A DNA stretch of 64,000 nt, from assembly GCA_951406725.2 (NCBI GenBank), contig OX597832.1, positions 41,106,001 to 41,170,000 of the forward strand. The letters are read 5' to 3'. How positions within the stretch are numbered: position 1 is the stretch's first letter; each line of letters begins with the position of its first letter. This stretch comes from Octopus vulgaris. Lineage: Eukaryota. A program made the translations under genes and the position numbers. The notes under the pieces are model-generated. The model searched no databases and was not told where the DNA came from. It saw only the letters and a program-made list of their open reading frames with translations. Shown here piece after piece: positions 51,702 to 64,000 of this stretch.

Positions 51702-52307
51702 TCTCTGTTTCAACACACAACTTCACATCAAGAATCTTGCAACACAAATTCATAAAGTGTATATATATATATATATATAATGTTGTCCAGAAAGTTCTGA
51801 GCGTTTTTAAGCTAAATATTTTAACACTTCATTGAACACACCTGAAACATAAGACAGTTAAAACTTTGGCATTGCTTGAAGTAGTAATGCATCTCGTCTT
51901 TATTCCTGACTAAAAATAGATTTGTCTTTCATTCCAGCTACCTTTTATTGACATTTGAAATGGATGACCAAAAATTTCATATTTATGTTGTAATGCTTTT
52001 CTTTTTTAAAAGGCCATGGCTTCATAGTCTCTGTTGCAGGTCGTAGTCTTTACAGTGTTCACAGAACATCAAGCAGCAGTCATGATGTTGGCATTTTGAC
52101 ACCCAATGCAAATCATCATGACACAAGTAACTCTTTTCCAATGTTCAGATGGCTTCCAGTCCTCCACATCAACTGACTTTTTCTCAACTACAACTTTAAT
52201 TTTTAGGCTCTCCAATGCTGTTGACTGTTCACCAATACACCAAGCTGTTCTCGGAAAAAGGAGACAAAAAAAAATGTCAAATTTAGCCCAAATACCTTAT
52301 ATATATA

Positions 52308-52456
52308 AGTGGTTGGTGTTAGGAAGGGCATCCAGTTGCAGAAAGTCTGCCAGATCAAGATTGGGGCCTGGTGCAGCCATCTGGTTCCCCAGCCCTCAGT
52401 CAAAATCGTCCAACCCATGCTAGCATGGAAAGCAGACATCAAACGATGATGATGAT
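52308..52456 (+). mobile_element. SINE-like family C 3' part
   Basis: gtggttggtgttaggaagggcatccag...ccaacccatgctagcatggaaag...(gat)n. Confidence 0.8.
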
Positions 52457-52599
52457 GGGTTGTGACATACATACGTGCACACACACACACAGGCTGTTGT
52501 CTATTTGTACATGCTAAGTTATCCTCTATTGCTTATGCAATACCCTTAACATGTATATCATAGCTGTTATTCACTATAACATGCATTCCATGAACTGAA

Positions 52600-53330
52600 A
52601 GTATTATATCCGTGCACCCTTAATCCCCCACCCCACTACTCTGGTCTTCTCTATCCTTTCAGATTATGATGCTTGAGTGGGGAGAGTTTCATTCATATCT
52701 GTTGCTATCCAATGCATCCCTACATGCTCTTCTGAGTTGCCCACCATTGCGTTCCCTCCCTCAGATCACTATTTCACTGATATCCCATGTCCCAAGAGGT
52801 TCACACATAGTTGTGCTGAAGCTGATCAGGCATAAAGCAAAGCCCTACAGCATCTGGCAAAACTCACACATATCTCAAAACTGGGTGGCATTTATCCAGC
52901 AACGCAATATTTGCAAGGCTGTTTATCTGAATCATGAAATACGACTTCGTACATCAAACAGGTTTGAAATTGTCTCACCTCCCAAACGACAGCCAATCCT
53001 TTTGGTTCTATGCCAAAAGGATTTCCTCCAGTTTTGCAGAATCTTCTTTTCCTCTATATCACAATGGTTCTGTGAGTAGTTCCCACAACCTAGAAAGCCT
53101 CCACTGCTCGCTTTACAGACAAATCTCCAACTCACCCCTTTGCTTATATAAAGTGCGGAAATTTCCACACTTTCACATCAAAAAGGCTACTGGCCTTCAC
53201 TGTGTCTCTTCCATTACCCCACCACTAAACTCTTCAAGGTCTCCATTTCTACAGGGGTCCACTCTGATCTTTGGAAATCGCTGTTTCCATTCCTAAGAAA
53301 CGTAACCTCTGACCGTGCCAACTATTGCTC
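52600..53330 (-). mobile_element. Decayed LINE (probably RTE) RT-region fragment
   Basis: ORF 52932..53168 contains IGCRLGGETISNL, resembling the stretch preceding the RT YADD motif. Heavily degenerate. Confidence 0.5.
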
Positions 53331-54133
53331 TATCGCACTCACTTCCAATCTCTAAATGAGGAGAGATGGTCATCAAGAATAACCACCTTATACAGAAAAG
53401 AATAAGTGACGTTATTTCCTAGAAATGTGGCACAAATTAATATAATGACCTCATCATCATTGTTCGACCGTGGTTGAGACAATGGAATTTACCATGCTAC
53501 ACCAGACTTCACGGTCCATCATAGCATTTTAGATGAGGTGTTTGTTTGGTTGGGAGCTGACTCTTCTCCATCAGGTGATACCCGTCTGTTAAGATTGAGG
53601 GCATCACCGTCAATGGATGCCCTTGGAGGTGCAACATGATCAGAGACAGGACCCGGCAAAGCAGGGGCTGGACCTACATCCGCAGGTATACCATTAGGTC
53701 TGGTTCCCTGGGGAAGAGGAACCCTGGTGCAGTTAATTGTAAATTCCATAGTCTTTTCAAATGGATAATAATGACCTAGTCTTCGGGAACGCAATGCCAA
53801 CAGCAATAATTTTTCTAACAGACACAAAGGAGGGGAGGGGATTAGTTGATAATATCGATCTTAATATTTGACTGGTACTTTATTTATCGACCCCAAGAGG
53901 ACGAAAGCAAAGTTGGCCTTGGCAGGATTTGAACTGAAAACGTAAAGATCCGGAGCAAATACTGCAAAACAATTTTCTCCAACTCACTGATTCTGCCAGG
54001 CCAACCCATAGAATAATAAATCAGAGTGCTGGAGTGTGGTGAAGCCAATTTTTTAATGGGGGGTGAGATAACCAAAAAGTACCAAGGCATTTAATACATA
54101 TTTCTATACACCCGCACTCAAAAAAAAAAATAG

Positions 54134-54553
54134 GGATCTTTTCGGTTTGAACGGCAGTTTTTTCTAGCGGTGTCATATGAAATTGTCACCCATAATCATG
54201 ACCCTAGTATCGATCTATTGCATTTCAATCTATTTTAGGGTTAAGGTTAGGGGTGGGGGAAGGGTATCTTTTTTCTTCAGAAATGTAAATAAACCCAATC
54301 TGTTTCTTAAACGGGGGACATATTCATACGGCACAGAATGTTTTTTTTTTTTACCTCAATGGACGTCAGTGATTAGTTGAAATTGAAGAAATTGAAGAAA
54401 AAAACAACAATATCTTACAAACTATAGAATTTTCTCAATAAAGCCAAGAGAAAAAGATGTTTTATAAACACATTCTACCAGAATAAGAAGTTTAAAAGTG
54501 TTTAGTTACCTAGAAATTATTTTTAAAAACTGCCGGTCAAACCGAAAAGATCC
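54134..54553 (-). mobile_element. GGATC-TIR MITE, complete copy in opposite orientation
   Basis: Same TIRs and body as 23443-23855, reverse-complemented. Confidence 0.9.
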
Positions 54554-55084
54554 AAAAATAGTCGACAACGAATATACCTATCAGTCTGTCGTGTTCAAGA
54601 AAACATTGCACGTTTTAACTATGTCTATTTATTTAAATGTATGCACTTTATAAATTATGACACATATATTTGTGTATAGGGTGTTGACACTATATACAGC
54701 GGCTCTACCATTTCTTCATAACAGACTCCGTGTTCAAGAATGTTTGGCATCGTCTACAGTCACACTTCGCTTATAATCACACTGTATTTTATTCCATATC
54801 AGTTGTCATAATCGTACAACTTTGAAATATTTAAATTTTATTTGCTTTTGTAATTGTAGGGAGAGAAAATTAAAATAAATGTTCAAGAAAACCTTCCGAA
54901 ATAACGGTATATTATAGTGTGTTTATAATGGAATGTATGTATACGCGCGTGTGTGTGTATGTGGGTATATATAATTACATAATGTACTGCAGTATATGAA
55001 ATAAGTTACCATTATATTTTTTAGCAGAAAAAGAAAAAAAAAAGGAAACTCAATCTAGATGAACCGCAACCTATGAATCACGTG

Positions 55085-55262
55085 AAATGCTAGAAATAGC
55101 AGTCAAATCTCCTTTAAGTCAGTCTTAAAGAATATATACTGGACAATGTCGTATTTGATGGAGATTGTCGGGGGCAGAAACATAGTTAGGGACAGTGTGG
55201 AATTCCTTTGGTCGTAGATCTCAATCGGGGTCAACTTGGATCTATTTGTAACACTAACAACA
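55085..55262 (+). mobile_element. Old dispersed repeat with (AAC)n-like tail (representative copy)
   Basis: tagaaatagcagccaaatctcc...gg(a/c)tggaatgcctttg.tc.tagatc motifs recur near 330, 8070, 8280, 37020, 38105, 46170(-), 57140(-) and 58280(-). Confidence 0.6.
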
Positions 55263-55600
55263 CCAGAGAGATTAGAGAACAAAGTTGGAAGCCACACTGT
55301 CTTCTTTTAGAATTCCGTTCACACCAAAGATGCTTTAAAGCAACAGAGATGTGATGCCAGAATATTAAATCTATTCCAATACTTGACGTGTACTTCAATC
55401 TTTATCAGTTCCTTTCCCATTCTCCTACATATGCCAGAGACGGACATGGCATTTCTCGACTCTATTTTCTTCTGTCATTTAAATACTATTTTGTGGTGCT
55501 GCTGCAGAATATGACTAACGAATGAAAGGTTATTTCGCAGGTTTAACTCCGGGTCAAATTCGGATTGAGCAGCCTGTCTCTACGGGTATATACTAATACG

Positions 55601-55858
55601 TTTTGCCTTTCATCTTTTCGGGGTCGATAAATTAAGTACCAGTTACGCACTGGGGTCGATGTAATCGACTTAATCCCTTTGTTTGTCCCCTTGTGGGCAG
55701 TAAAGAAATATATAGTAATACGTTTTGCCTTTCGTCTTTTCAGGGTCGATAAATTAAGTACCAGTTACGCACTGAGGTCGATATAATCGACTTAATCCCT
55801 TTGTCTGTCCTTGTTTGTCCCCTCTGTGTTTTAGCCCCTTGTGGGCAGTAAAGAAATA
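55601..55858 (+). mobile_element. Two tandem 5'-truncated SINE family B copies
   Basis: Both start at ttttgcctttc and end taaagaaata. Confidence 0.85.
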
Positions 55859-56659
55859 TATATATAGTACTACCTTGTCTAACGCAAGCATGGGCAACCC
55901 TTTTCGAGAGGCTGGCCACACAATTAAAGAAAAAATAAAAGGGTATTTTTTCCGTTATGCGTGACATTCAAAAAAATGAATCGGGCCGCAGTTTGCCCGA
56001 GACTAATTTAGTGTGCCATATTTTTTTTGTTTTTCAAAAAAGTGAGTCGGGTTTGTGATTGGAGGGAATTTGGCCGTTATTTCTTAAACAGGTGAAAGGA
56101 AAACCATATTAATGCTTCCTTGTTGGTTTTATGTGATGTCAGGAGGCGTTTATTTTTTAAATGTATCATTATATGAAGAAAATAGCACAAGAGAAAAGGA
56201 AAACCTGAGGGAGTGTTGGAGTGCGTGTAGCAAATCTTACTCGAGGTTGACTAAAACTCATTATTTTCCCAATATTAATATAACCGTAATATGGGGAAAC
56301 TAAATGCGTTAGCTTTATGAAAACTATTTTTGCTGTAAAAATATGAAGTCAATTTGTATATAAAGTTCAGCTTTACACACACACACACTTTACACACACA
56401 CACACTTATACGAGTCACTCAAAAGTTAGTAAGTTCAGCTACGTATTTTTGTATATACATTTTGCCATCTTTGGAAGATGTTATTTAGTCTCAGATAGAA
56501 ATCAATCCAGCTGTGACTATGGTTCTTTTCTGGTAAGAAAACCCAAGTCCACAATATTCAAGGGGCTCTTTTTGTTTTCAAGACAGGAGGGAGATTTTGC
56601 TGCTATTTCTGACAGCGAGTACGTCGCGACGCGCCCTATAGTCAATAGTAGTCAACACC

Positions 56660-56694
<35 letters not shown>

Positions 56695-59346
56695 CTATAT
56701 CTATATATAGTTCTGTTAAAAATTTTATTGTGTTATTACTGATGTAAAAACAATAGCAACAATAATAAAAGACAAAACTTCTAAAATTCAGAAATAAGTT
56801 TTAAAGTTTCGGAACGTAAAACTTTGGCAAATATAGAAGCACGTGTGTGTGTGTGTGTGTGCGTTTGCAAAAGGGAGTTTGCCATATTAAGAAAGACTTT
56901 TAAGTTTGGTATGACGGTTAGACATTAAACATCAGACACATCATGTGTTTTGTCGAACAAGGCAGGCTTTGACAGGGAGAAAAAGTTGGTTAAATTGTCG
57001 TCTTGTGATGATGGCGTCAATAATTAGCGATTGTGACAGAAGGGGATAAATGAATGACGATGATTGTGACATGGTTAGACCGGTTGTTTCAACCCATCTA
57101 TTTAGGCAGTACATACATATACTCAACTGTTAAAGATGCAGGCCTATTATATAAGGCGTTCTGGTCGTGACCATCCTGTCTTTATATAGATGAGATGATA
57201 TATGTAGGGCTAAATTATCCAATGTTTTTTTTCTTTAGAAGGAAAAAAAAATTACGGTAGGGTGTGATTTGGTTGCTATTTCTAGCTGATGAGTGCACCG
57301 TTGACTTTACGATAACTAATGGCAAAACGAAGATAAAACAGTTCGAAAAATGATTCCTCAAAGAATTGTAAGGGAAAAAAGGATAGTAGTCAGTTTATTT
57401 TTAGGCCTTGTCCCTTCTTGTCTCTCGCCCCGAAGGGATGAAAAGAAAAGTAGATGATGTTGGCGTGGCCTTATATCACTAATTTGAATTTCTGTGAACC
57501 TATGATTGTCCCGCGGGAAACTAACGGTTTCTTATTTTGCGGACATAGAAACTGAATTAAAGAAAATACAACGTGATAGAAAAACTAAGTAAATCCGAAA
57601 GAACTTATGGGAAAAGTGGACGGGTGGACGAGATTGTGTGACGTTCATTCTTTTACAATAATTATCTTAGAAGCTTGCAAAATTCTAGGAGCAATGTTTT
57701 TGTTTCATTGACTTCGGGTTTCCGACATCGGCACAAATAACGTGAATTTGTGGGCGATTTATAAATCTATTCATATCTAGAATGTTTTTGCAGGAATATT
57801 AAATCGATCTCGCAGAGATTAAAAGATAAATTCGAACCCCTACGGTATTTGAACTCGGAACGTAAAGGATAAAGCACCCGTCGAATGAACTGACAGTTGC
57901 TTCTAATATAGTCCCAAAGCGTGAGGTCTTCTAGGCGAATAGTCTAATCGACCTCGGCGGGATTCGAACTCAGAATACCTGACGCTTTATTGATTTATAC
58001 TAGGGTGTTTTGTAGAATACAAGACGGGAGGATCAAAATATATATATATGTATCGCGCGCACACACACACTCGTACAAAGGGTAGAAACGGTTATTTTAA
58101 ACTGCGTAAATTCCAAACCATTCCACAGATAAAAAGGAACCAAAATGGATCCGAAAACTTTATCCACAATATTTTTACGGCTCACAAATGGATCGAATCA
58201 CATTTTAAATATTGCAAAATGTTCCTCTTCTCAAAACAAATTCGAAAAACGGCAATAAATTGACTTCATTTCGAGCTGACAGGCCTGTAGTCAAAGGCAT
58301 TTCAGCCATGACCATCCCGTTTATTTAGGAGTATCTCGGATGATAGTGCTTCACCCAACTTTGTTTTGTTGTTAATTGCTATATTTAATAATATGAGATA
58401 ATCAGGTTTGGACAGTGAGAAGGAATGTCATTTTCATACAAATAAATGTTCTTGGCTCTTAGTTAACATTAATTTTAGTAATATGACTAATTTTTGTTTG
58501 GAGTGCAGTGATTGTAGGTGTGGAGTAAACAAATACTTGTTTGCCAGTTTATTGTGAGTAGATTGGTCACAGCATTCAAAGCACAATTATCGTGTTTTGT
58601 TGTTAAAATGGGGAGTGATTTTGATGGAGGTGTAATTGTTGTTTATAGCAGGTCGAGCAAACCATGAAGCAGGATGGATGCCTCGTGAGTTGATGGCTAT
58701 GTAGGCGCGCGTGTGTACGTGTCTATACGCTACACGACTTATTCCTTGATTCGTGATGGTACACACACACACATATATATATGTGATGTGTAAAAGATAC
58801 ACCGGAAGAAATTTGCAGCTCGTTTTCTGGTTAATTATTATTATAGCAAGAACGGAAATGTAGCTGACATCATTGTGTGCGTGCGTGCGTGCACACGAGT
58901 TAATTGTTTTAAATGTTGTATATATATATATATATATATATATATGTCTATAAACGGGAGTGTAATATATACACGCGCAAGGTACGTTACCAAAATAAAC
59001 TTAATGGTTGCAGATGATGTCAGAAGCGAAACGTCATCTCACGCCACCCGACCCGGCCACCCCGCTGTACATCCACCCGAAAACATACGACAGAATGGTC
59101 GAACGGTTTAAGGAGTCTGCATCGCAATTACGAGGCCTTAACTTTTGATTCCGTCGCGTGACATTTTGGTCAAGTGCCATTTTCTAATATCCTACGAGTC
59201 ACCTCATACCTTCTGAGTGAAGTTGTGTAGAAAAAAGCTCGTCTATTGGATTGTATTGTCATTCAAACGGCCGGCCTTGTAGCTTGGGCGATCAAACTGG
59301 ACCCTCGTGTACAGAGATTCTGACCGAGATCAATTTATTATACATA

Positions 59347-59738
59347 GGCGCAGGAGTGGCTGTGTGGTAAGTAGCTTGTTTACCAACCACATGATTCCGG
59401 GTTCGGTCCCACTGCATGGCACCTTGGGCAAGTGTCTTCTGCTATAGCCCCGGGCCGACCAAAGTCTTGTGAGTGGATTTGGTAGACGGAAACTGAAAGA
59501 AGCCCGTCGTATATATATATACGCGTGTGTGTGTTTGTGCGTCTGTGTTTGTCCCCCTAGCATTGCTTGACAACCGATGCTGGTGTGTTTACGTCCCCGT
59601 TACTTAGCGGTTCGGCAAAAGAGACTGATAGAATAAGTACTGGGCTTACAAAAGAATAAGTCTCGGGGTCGAGTTGCTCGATTAAAGGCGGTGCTCCAGC
59701 ATGGCCGCAGTCAAATGACTGAAACAAGTAAAAGAGTA
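59347..59738 (+). mobile_element. Full-length SINE family A
   Basis: Complete copy with CpGs largely retained. Confidence 0.9.
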
Positions 59739-59811
59739 TGACAATTAGTGAAAGCACGGTACCCGCTACCAAATCATACTGTTACGGGTGGCAGATGATC
59801 ATATATATATA

Positions 59812-60098
59812 TCTTTTACGCGTTTCAGCCATTCGAGTGTGGCCATGCTGGAGCACCGCCTTTCGCCGAAGAAATCGACCCCCAGGACTTATTCTATCGG
59901 TCTCTATTGCCGAACCGCTAAGTTTCGGGGACAAACACACAAATATAATATACACGACGGACTTCTTTCAGTTTCCATCTACCATAATCCGGTCGTCCTA
60001 AGTCTATAGTAGAAGACACTTAGCACGCAGTGGGACCGAACCCGGAACCATGCGGTTGAGAAGCAAGCTTCTTACTTACCACACAGCCACGCCTGCGC
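59812..60098 (-). mobile_element. Diverged SINE family A, antisense to the preceding copy
   Basis: ggccatgctggagcaccgcc...accacacagccacgcctgcgc. Confidence 0.85.
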
Positions 60099-60305
60099 AA
60101 TGAGATGGCAAAGGAATATGAACTTCATTGGCTTACGGCTGTTTCTGCTTTCAGATGCGGCGGATTCATAGTGGAGTGCTTGAGTAACAAACACCTAATA
60201 AATTCTTCAGAATTTCTTACTGCCGCTTTGTTCTGAAGCAGATGTATATAGAGTTCTTCGTCTCACAATGGTTAAGTGAAAGATGGGTGTGTGTGTGTGT
60301 ATATA

Positions 60306-60565
60306 TGGCCTAGTGGTTAGGGCAGCGGACTCGCGGTTTCGATTCCCAGACTGGGCGTTGTGAGTGTTTATTGAGCGAAAACACCTAAAAGCTCCACGAG
60401 GCTCCGGCAGGGGGTGGTGGTGATCCCTGCTGTACTCGTTCACCACTCTTTCTTCTGTTGGCCTGCTCGCTTAGCCAGTGGGGTGGCGTCATTCGAAGGC
60501 TAAAACAATGCGAACGCATTGTGACCAGCGATGTGTAACATCTGATGGTCTGGTCGGTCACGTGA
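60306..60565 (+). mobile_element. tRNA-derived SINE family D
   Basis: tggcctagtggttagg (A-box), gtttcgattccc (B-box-like) and a body shared with 15757-16020. Confidence 0.75.
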
Positions 60566-61571
60566 TATATATATATATATATATAGTATTTGTTAAAAAC
60601 TGGAGAACACTTTCAAAATTTTCTTCCCGAGTTTCCTACGACTCATTTTAGCTGTCAAAATATATTTATTGCAGCGTCAGAACACCACAGCCCCCCCCCC
60701 CCCGCTGTGTACTTACTTAATAACACAAAACAAATATAATAATCAATTCCTGAAAGCTGAATGTTGTAGAAATAAATATATATTTTTTTTACTCATAATC
60801 TTGAAAATCTATTGAAGAGAAATTATTTCCAGCCAGACTTTCCCTATACTTTAAAAAATGACGAGAGAGATAGTAATGAGGTGAGCAATGAAGTCAAGTC
60901 TTCATCTCTTTATTGTGCGTGTGTGTGTGTTCAGGTGGATATCAGGTGAACAGTAAAACTAATTCTATTACACATTCAACCTCAACCATTAATCACCCAC
61001 ACACAAAAGTAATGTAAAACTTTACAGCAAGACTATAGAAACCTCCATCATTATTTTCTATACTTTATCAGTAATTAGTTCAATCCTCTTTTCATAAATC
61101 TGACATTTCAGTTTAAAAAAGAAAGAGAGAGAAAAACGAAAAGGGAATAAAATTGCCTAAGCTAACATTTTAGTAATGACTATAAAGAAATATTGACGTG
61201 TCAGGGGAGATAAGCTTCAGGGGTAGATAACTCTGTACCATAGTTTTTGTCGATGATAGACTCCCACCTTTCGCTTGCAATGTCTTCACGTTTTGGTATT
61301 TAAAAAAAAAAATTTTAACTCGTCGAGATCTTATTTAAGTCAAATGAAGGTATTGATGGCGGAGAACCGAATAAACAAATACTAATTTAAACAGGTTGTA
61401 CATTGGACGTAATTTCTATATTTTGCAAAGACCATAAATTTGTAGATAAGCAAGACACATCTTACAAAAGGCAGAAGACCGAGTATTGAGTGAAGTAGCA
61501 GTCAATTCTAGCAACCTCAAAAGGTAGATATGGTGAGAGGGCATACACCAAGTCACAAAGAAGTGCTTGGT

Positions 61572-62140
61572 GGGGCGTGGCTGTGTGGTAAGTAGCTTGC
61601 TTACGAACCACATGGTTCCTGATTCAGTCCCACTGCGTGGCACCTTGGGCAAGTGTTTATACTATAGCTTCAAGTCAATCAAAGCCTTGTGAGTGGATTT
61701 GGTAGAAGGAAACTCAAAGAAGCCCATATTATATATATATATATATATACAGCTTCTTTTGGATAATCGCCAGACATCGGTTGAGGAATCTGACACAGAA
61801 GAATTTAATATGGATTTTACAGATAAATTTCCTCTATTTACATAATATTGAGGTCTCTTTCTTTCTTTTGTTATCTTACCGTTTTTACCAATATATATAT
61901 ATATATACATACATACATACACGACGTGTATTATATGTGTGTCTGTGTTTGCCCCTTCGGCCATCGATTGACAACCGATGTTGGTGTGTTTATGTCCCCA
62001 ATACTTAGCGGTTTGGCAAGAGAGAGAGAGAGCAATAGAATAAGTACTGGGGTTGATTGCTTCGGCTAAAACCCCTTATGGTGATGCTCCAGCATGACTG
62101 CAGTCAAAAGAATAAAAAAAAATGGTGCAAGTAAAAGAAT
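61572..62140 (+). mobile_element. Diverged SINE family A with ~140-bp insert in its (TA)n
   Basis: Family A head and tail are separated by unrelated sequence at about 61750-61890. Confidence 0.75.
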
Positions 62141-62619
62141 ATAGGAATAGTGACAGAAAAATCTGGAATATTTAGTGGCTGTTGTGAGGTCAACATGCAT
62201 AGAACTATGGTGCTGAGAGAGGAGCTGGAGAAGTCTGCAGATGAGCTGATTGCACAGATCCTTCACACAATATGAAAAAAAATCGATAGTTTGAAAGTAG
62301 AGGATCTTTGTTAGTAGTGAAATGAGACCTCAGGATGTTGAAACCTTACAGAAAAAAAAAGATGACTTGAGTGGTAATGATTTATAACACACAACCTATA
62401 ACCAGTATGGAAGCCCATACAAAAAGTTTGGAATTTGACGATTCTTTTTTTTTTATGCCTCCATTTTTCAGTAACAGCCTGAGATGTATTGGTGAACAGC
62501 CGATGGCATCGAAGAGGACAAAGTTGTAGTTGAGAAAAAGTTAGCTAACATTATTATTATGGCCAGGTTCTAACCTAAGCCATCTGAATCCTGGAAGAGT
62601 TACCTGTATCATAACGATT

Positions 62620-63240
62620 CGAGCTGGGTATCAAAATGCCAACATCATGACTGCTGCTCAATACTCTATGAATACTGTTAAAGACTGTTAAGATATGATA
62701 TGGACAGCTGCAACGGAAACTATGAACCTGTGGTTAGTATGAAGAGACGTAGCATGCATTCTGTGTCGGCAAGCTGGAATTTGTCCCCACATCTTTGAAC
62801 AGGGCATTAGGCTCAATTCAGATGGCTCTGTGAAACTGCTAGAATGCCATGTGTGCAGCAGCAGGGTTTGGCTCCTTGCTATAACCCCAGAAAGAGTAAG
62901 AAGTGGTTGTCAGAGAATTTGTACAACTTTACCTGCTCCAATTTCTGGTCCCTTAATTGCTGATTGTAATCACATGGATTACTATATGTGGGGCATGGCT
63001 GGGAATGACCAACCACTATTCCTGCAACACAAAGGCTGAGCTAGTGGCCAAAATGAAGGAAGTGTTTGAAGATCTTCCCAGGGATACAATGAATAATGCA
63101 TGCGCACCAGGTCCCAGAGCCATCTTGAGGCCAGCTACTTTGAATAAACTGTTTACTCTCAGTCATAATCTCGTTGACAACTTTTCATTTTTTAAAACAT
63201 TTTATTTCTGAATGGGATATTGCATTTCTTTTTCCTTTTA
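62620..63240 (+). mobile_element. Decayed Tc1/mariner (maT-like) transposon
   Basis: Frameshifted DCNHMDYYMWG...TNHYSCNTKAELVAKMKEVFEDLPRDTMNNAC, typical of the third catalytic-residue region and C-terminus. Confidence 0.7.
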
Positions 63241-64000
63241 CGCAAACCAACAAATGAAAGATGAGGGGGAGGGGTAAGAGCTGTACTAATAATACCAAGT
63301 TTAGTTTAATGGATTACTTATTCCCTTCATATAAAGATTGGTGCTGTCTGAATATAATACATTACACCTGGATGAGGTGGAGAAATGCCAGAAATGGTTG
63401 TCCTACATTTCTTGTTTAAATGACTTCTATGCTGATAAATAACTAATTACTGGTGTCAACTAATTTCACTGACTACCAGTCTTTCTACAGAAAGTATGTC
63501 TATTGAAAAAGTCCATCCTATCAGAAACTACAGGAGTTCAAAGGAACATACTTCCTTAATTCCATTTTCTGTAGCATTGCATAAAAGAAAGCCACAGCTT
63601 CCTGTAGACCAGGGATTAAAAAAAAAAAAGATTTTAGTACACTGCAAGTCTATCAAAATATGTGGATGTGCATCAGTGCTGAAAAATAGAAATAATGTAT
63701 CTTTAATTCTATAAATTCAATTGCTTTTCATGTAAAGATGAGAGCTGACAACTTTAAATTTGAATGTAGGCTGGTTGGGATGGAAGGCATTCTAGCTATG
63801 ACTACTTCCAAAGTGGTCTTGAGGACTTGATTACTGTTTCTAACAAATTCTTAATTAGTCATAACCTGCACCAACCTAAAATCCAATTTTTCTGCACATT
63901 TTGTAATCTGAGAAAAAAGTTTTTAATTATAGAGAGAGTGGTTACTGCACAGACTTGGGAGGGAGGGAGGGAGTAAATTAGGGTAAAGACCCCTTTTGGT

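Overview
Eukaryotic, AT-rich, repeat-dominated genomic DNA with no long ORF. The SINE set resembles, from memory rather than a search, that of octopod cephalopods. Most of the window consists of four SINE-like families (one with about 20 copies), microsatellites and minisatellites, decayed RTE-clade LINE fragments, Tc1/mariner remnants, non-autonomous Helitron and piggyBac elements, a GGATC-ended MITE family and several foldback (hairpin) elements. Nearly all ORFs in the supplied track are artefacts of repeats. I see no bacterial features, CRISPR array, rRNA or true tRNA gene. A chain of about 15 short (19-85 nt), phase-compatible minus-strand exon candidates between 0.9 and 37.5 kb may be a real gene, but I cannot name it and several splice sites are weak. 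The most solid oddities are a mariner transposase relic with an internal inversion bounded by a 12-bp inverted duplication, a ~500-bp near-palindrome, three other hairpin families, closely spaced inverted SINE pairs (possible dsRNA/ADAR substrates) and degenerate hammerhead-like motifs. I found no convincing wholly new system.
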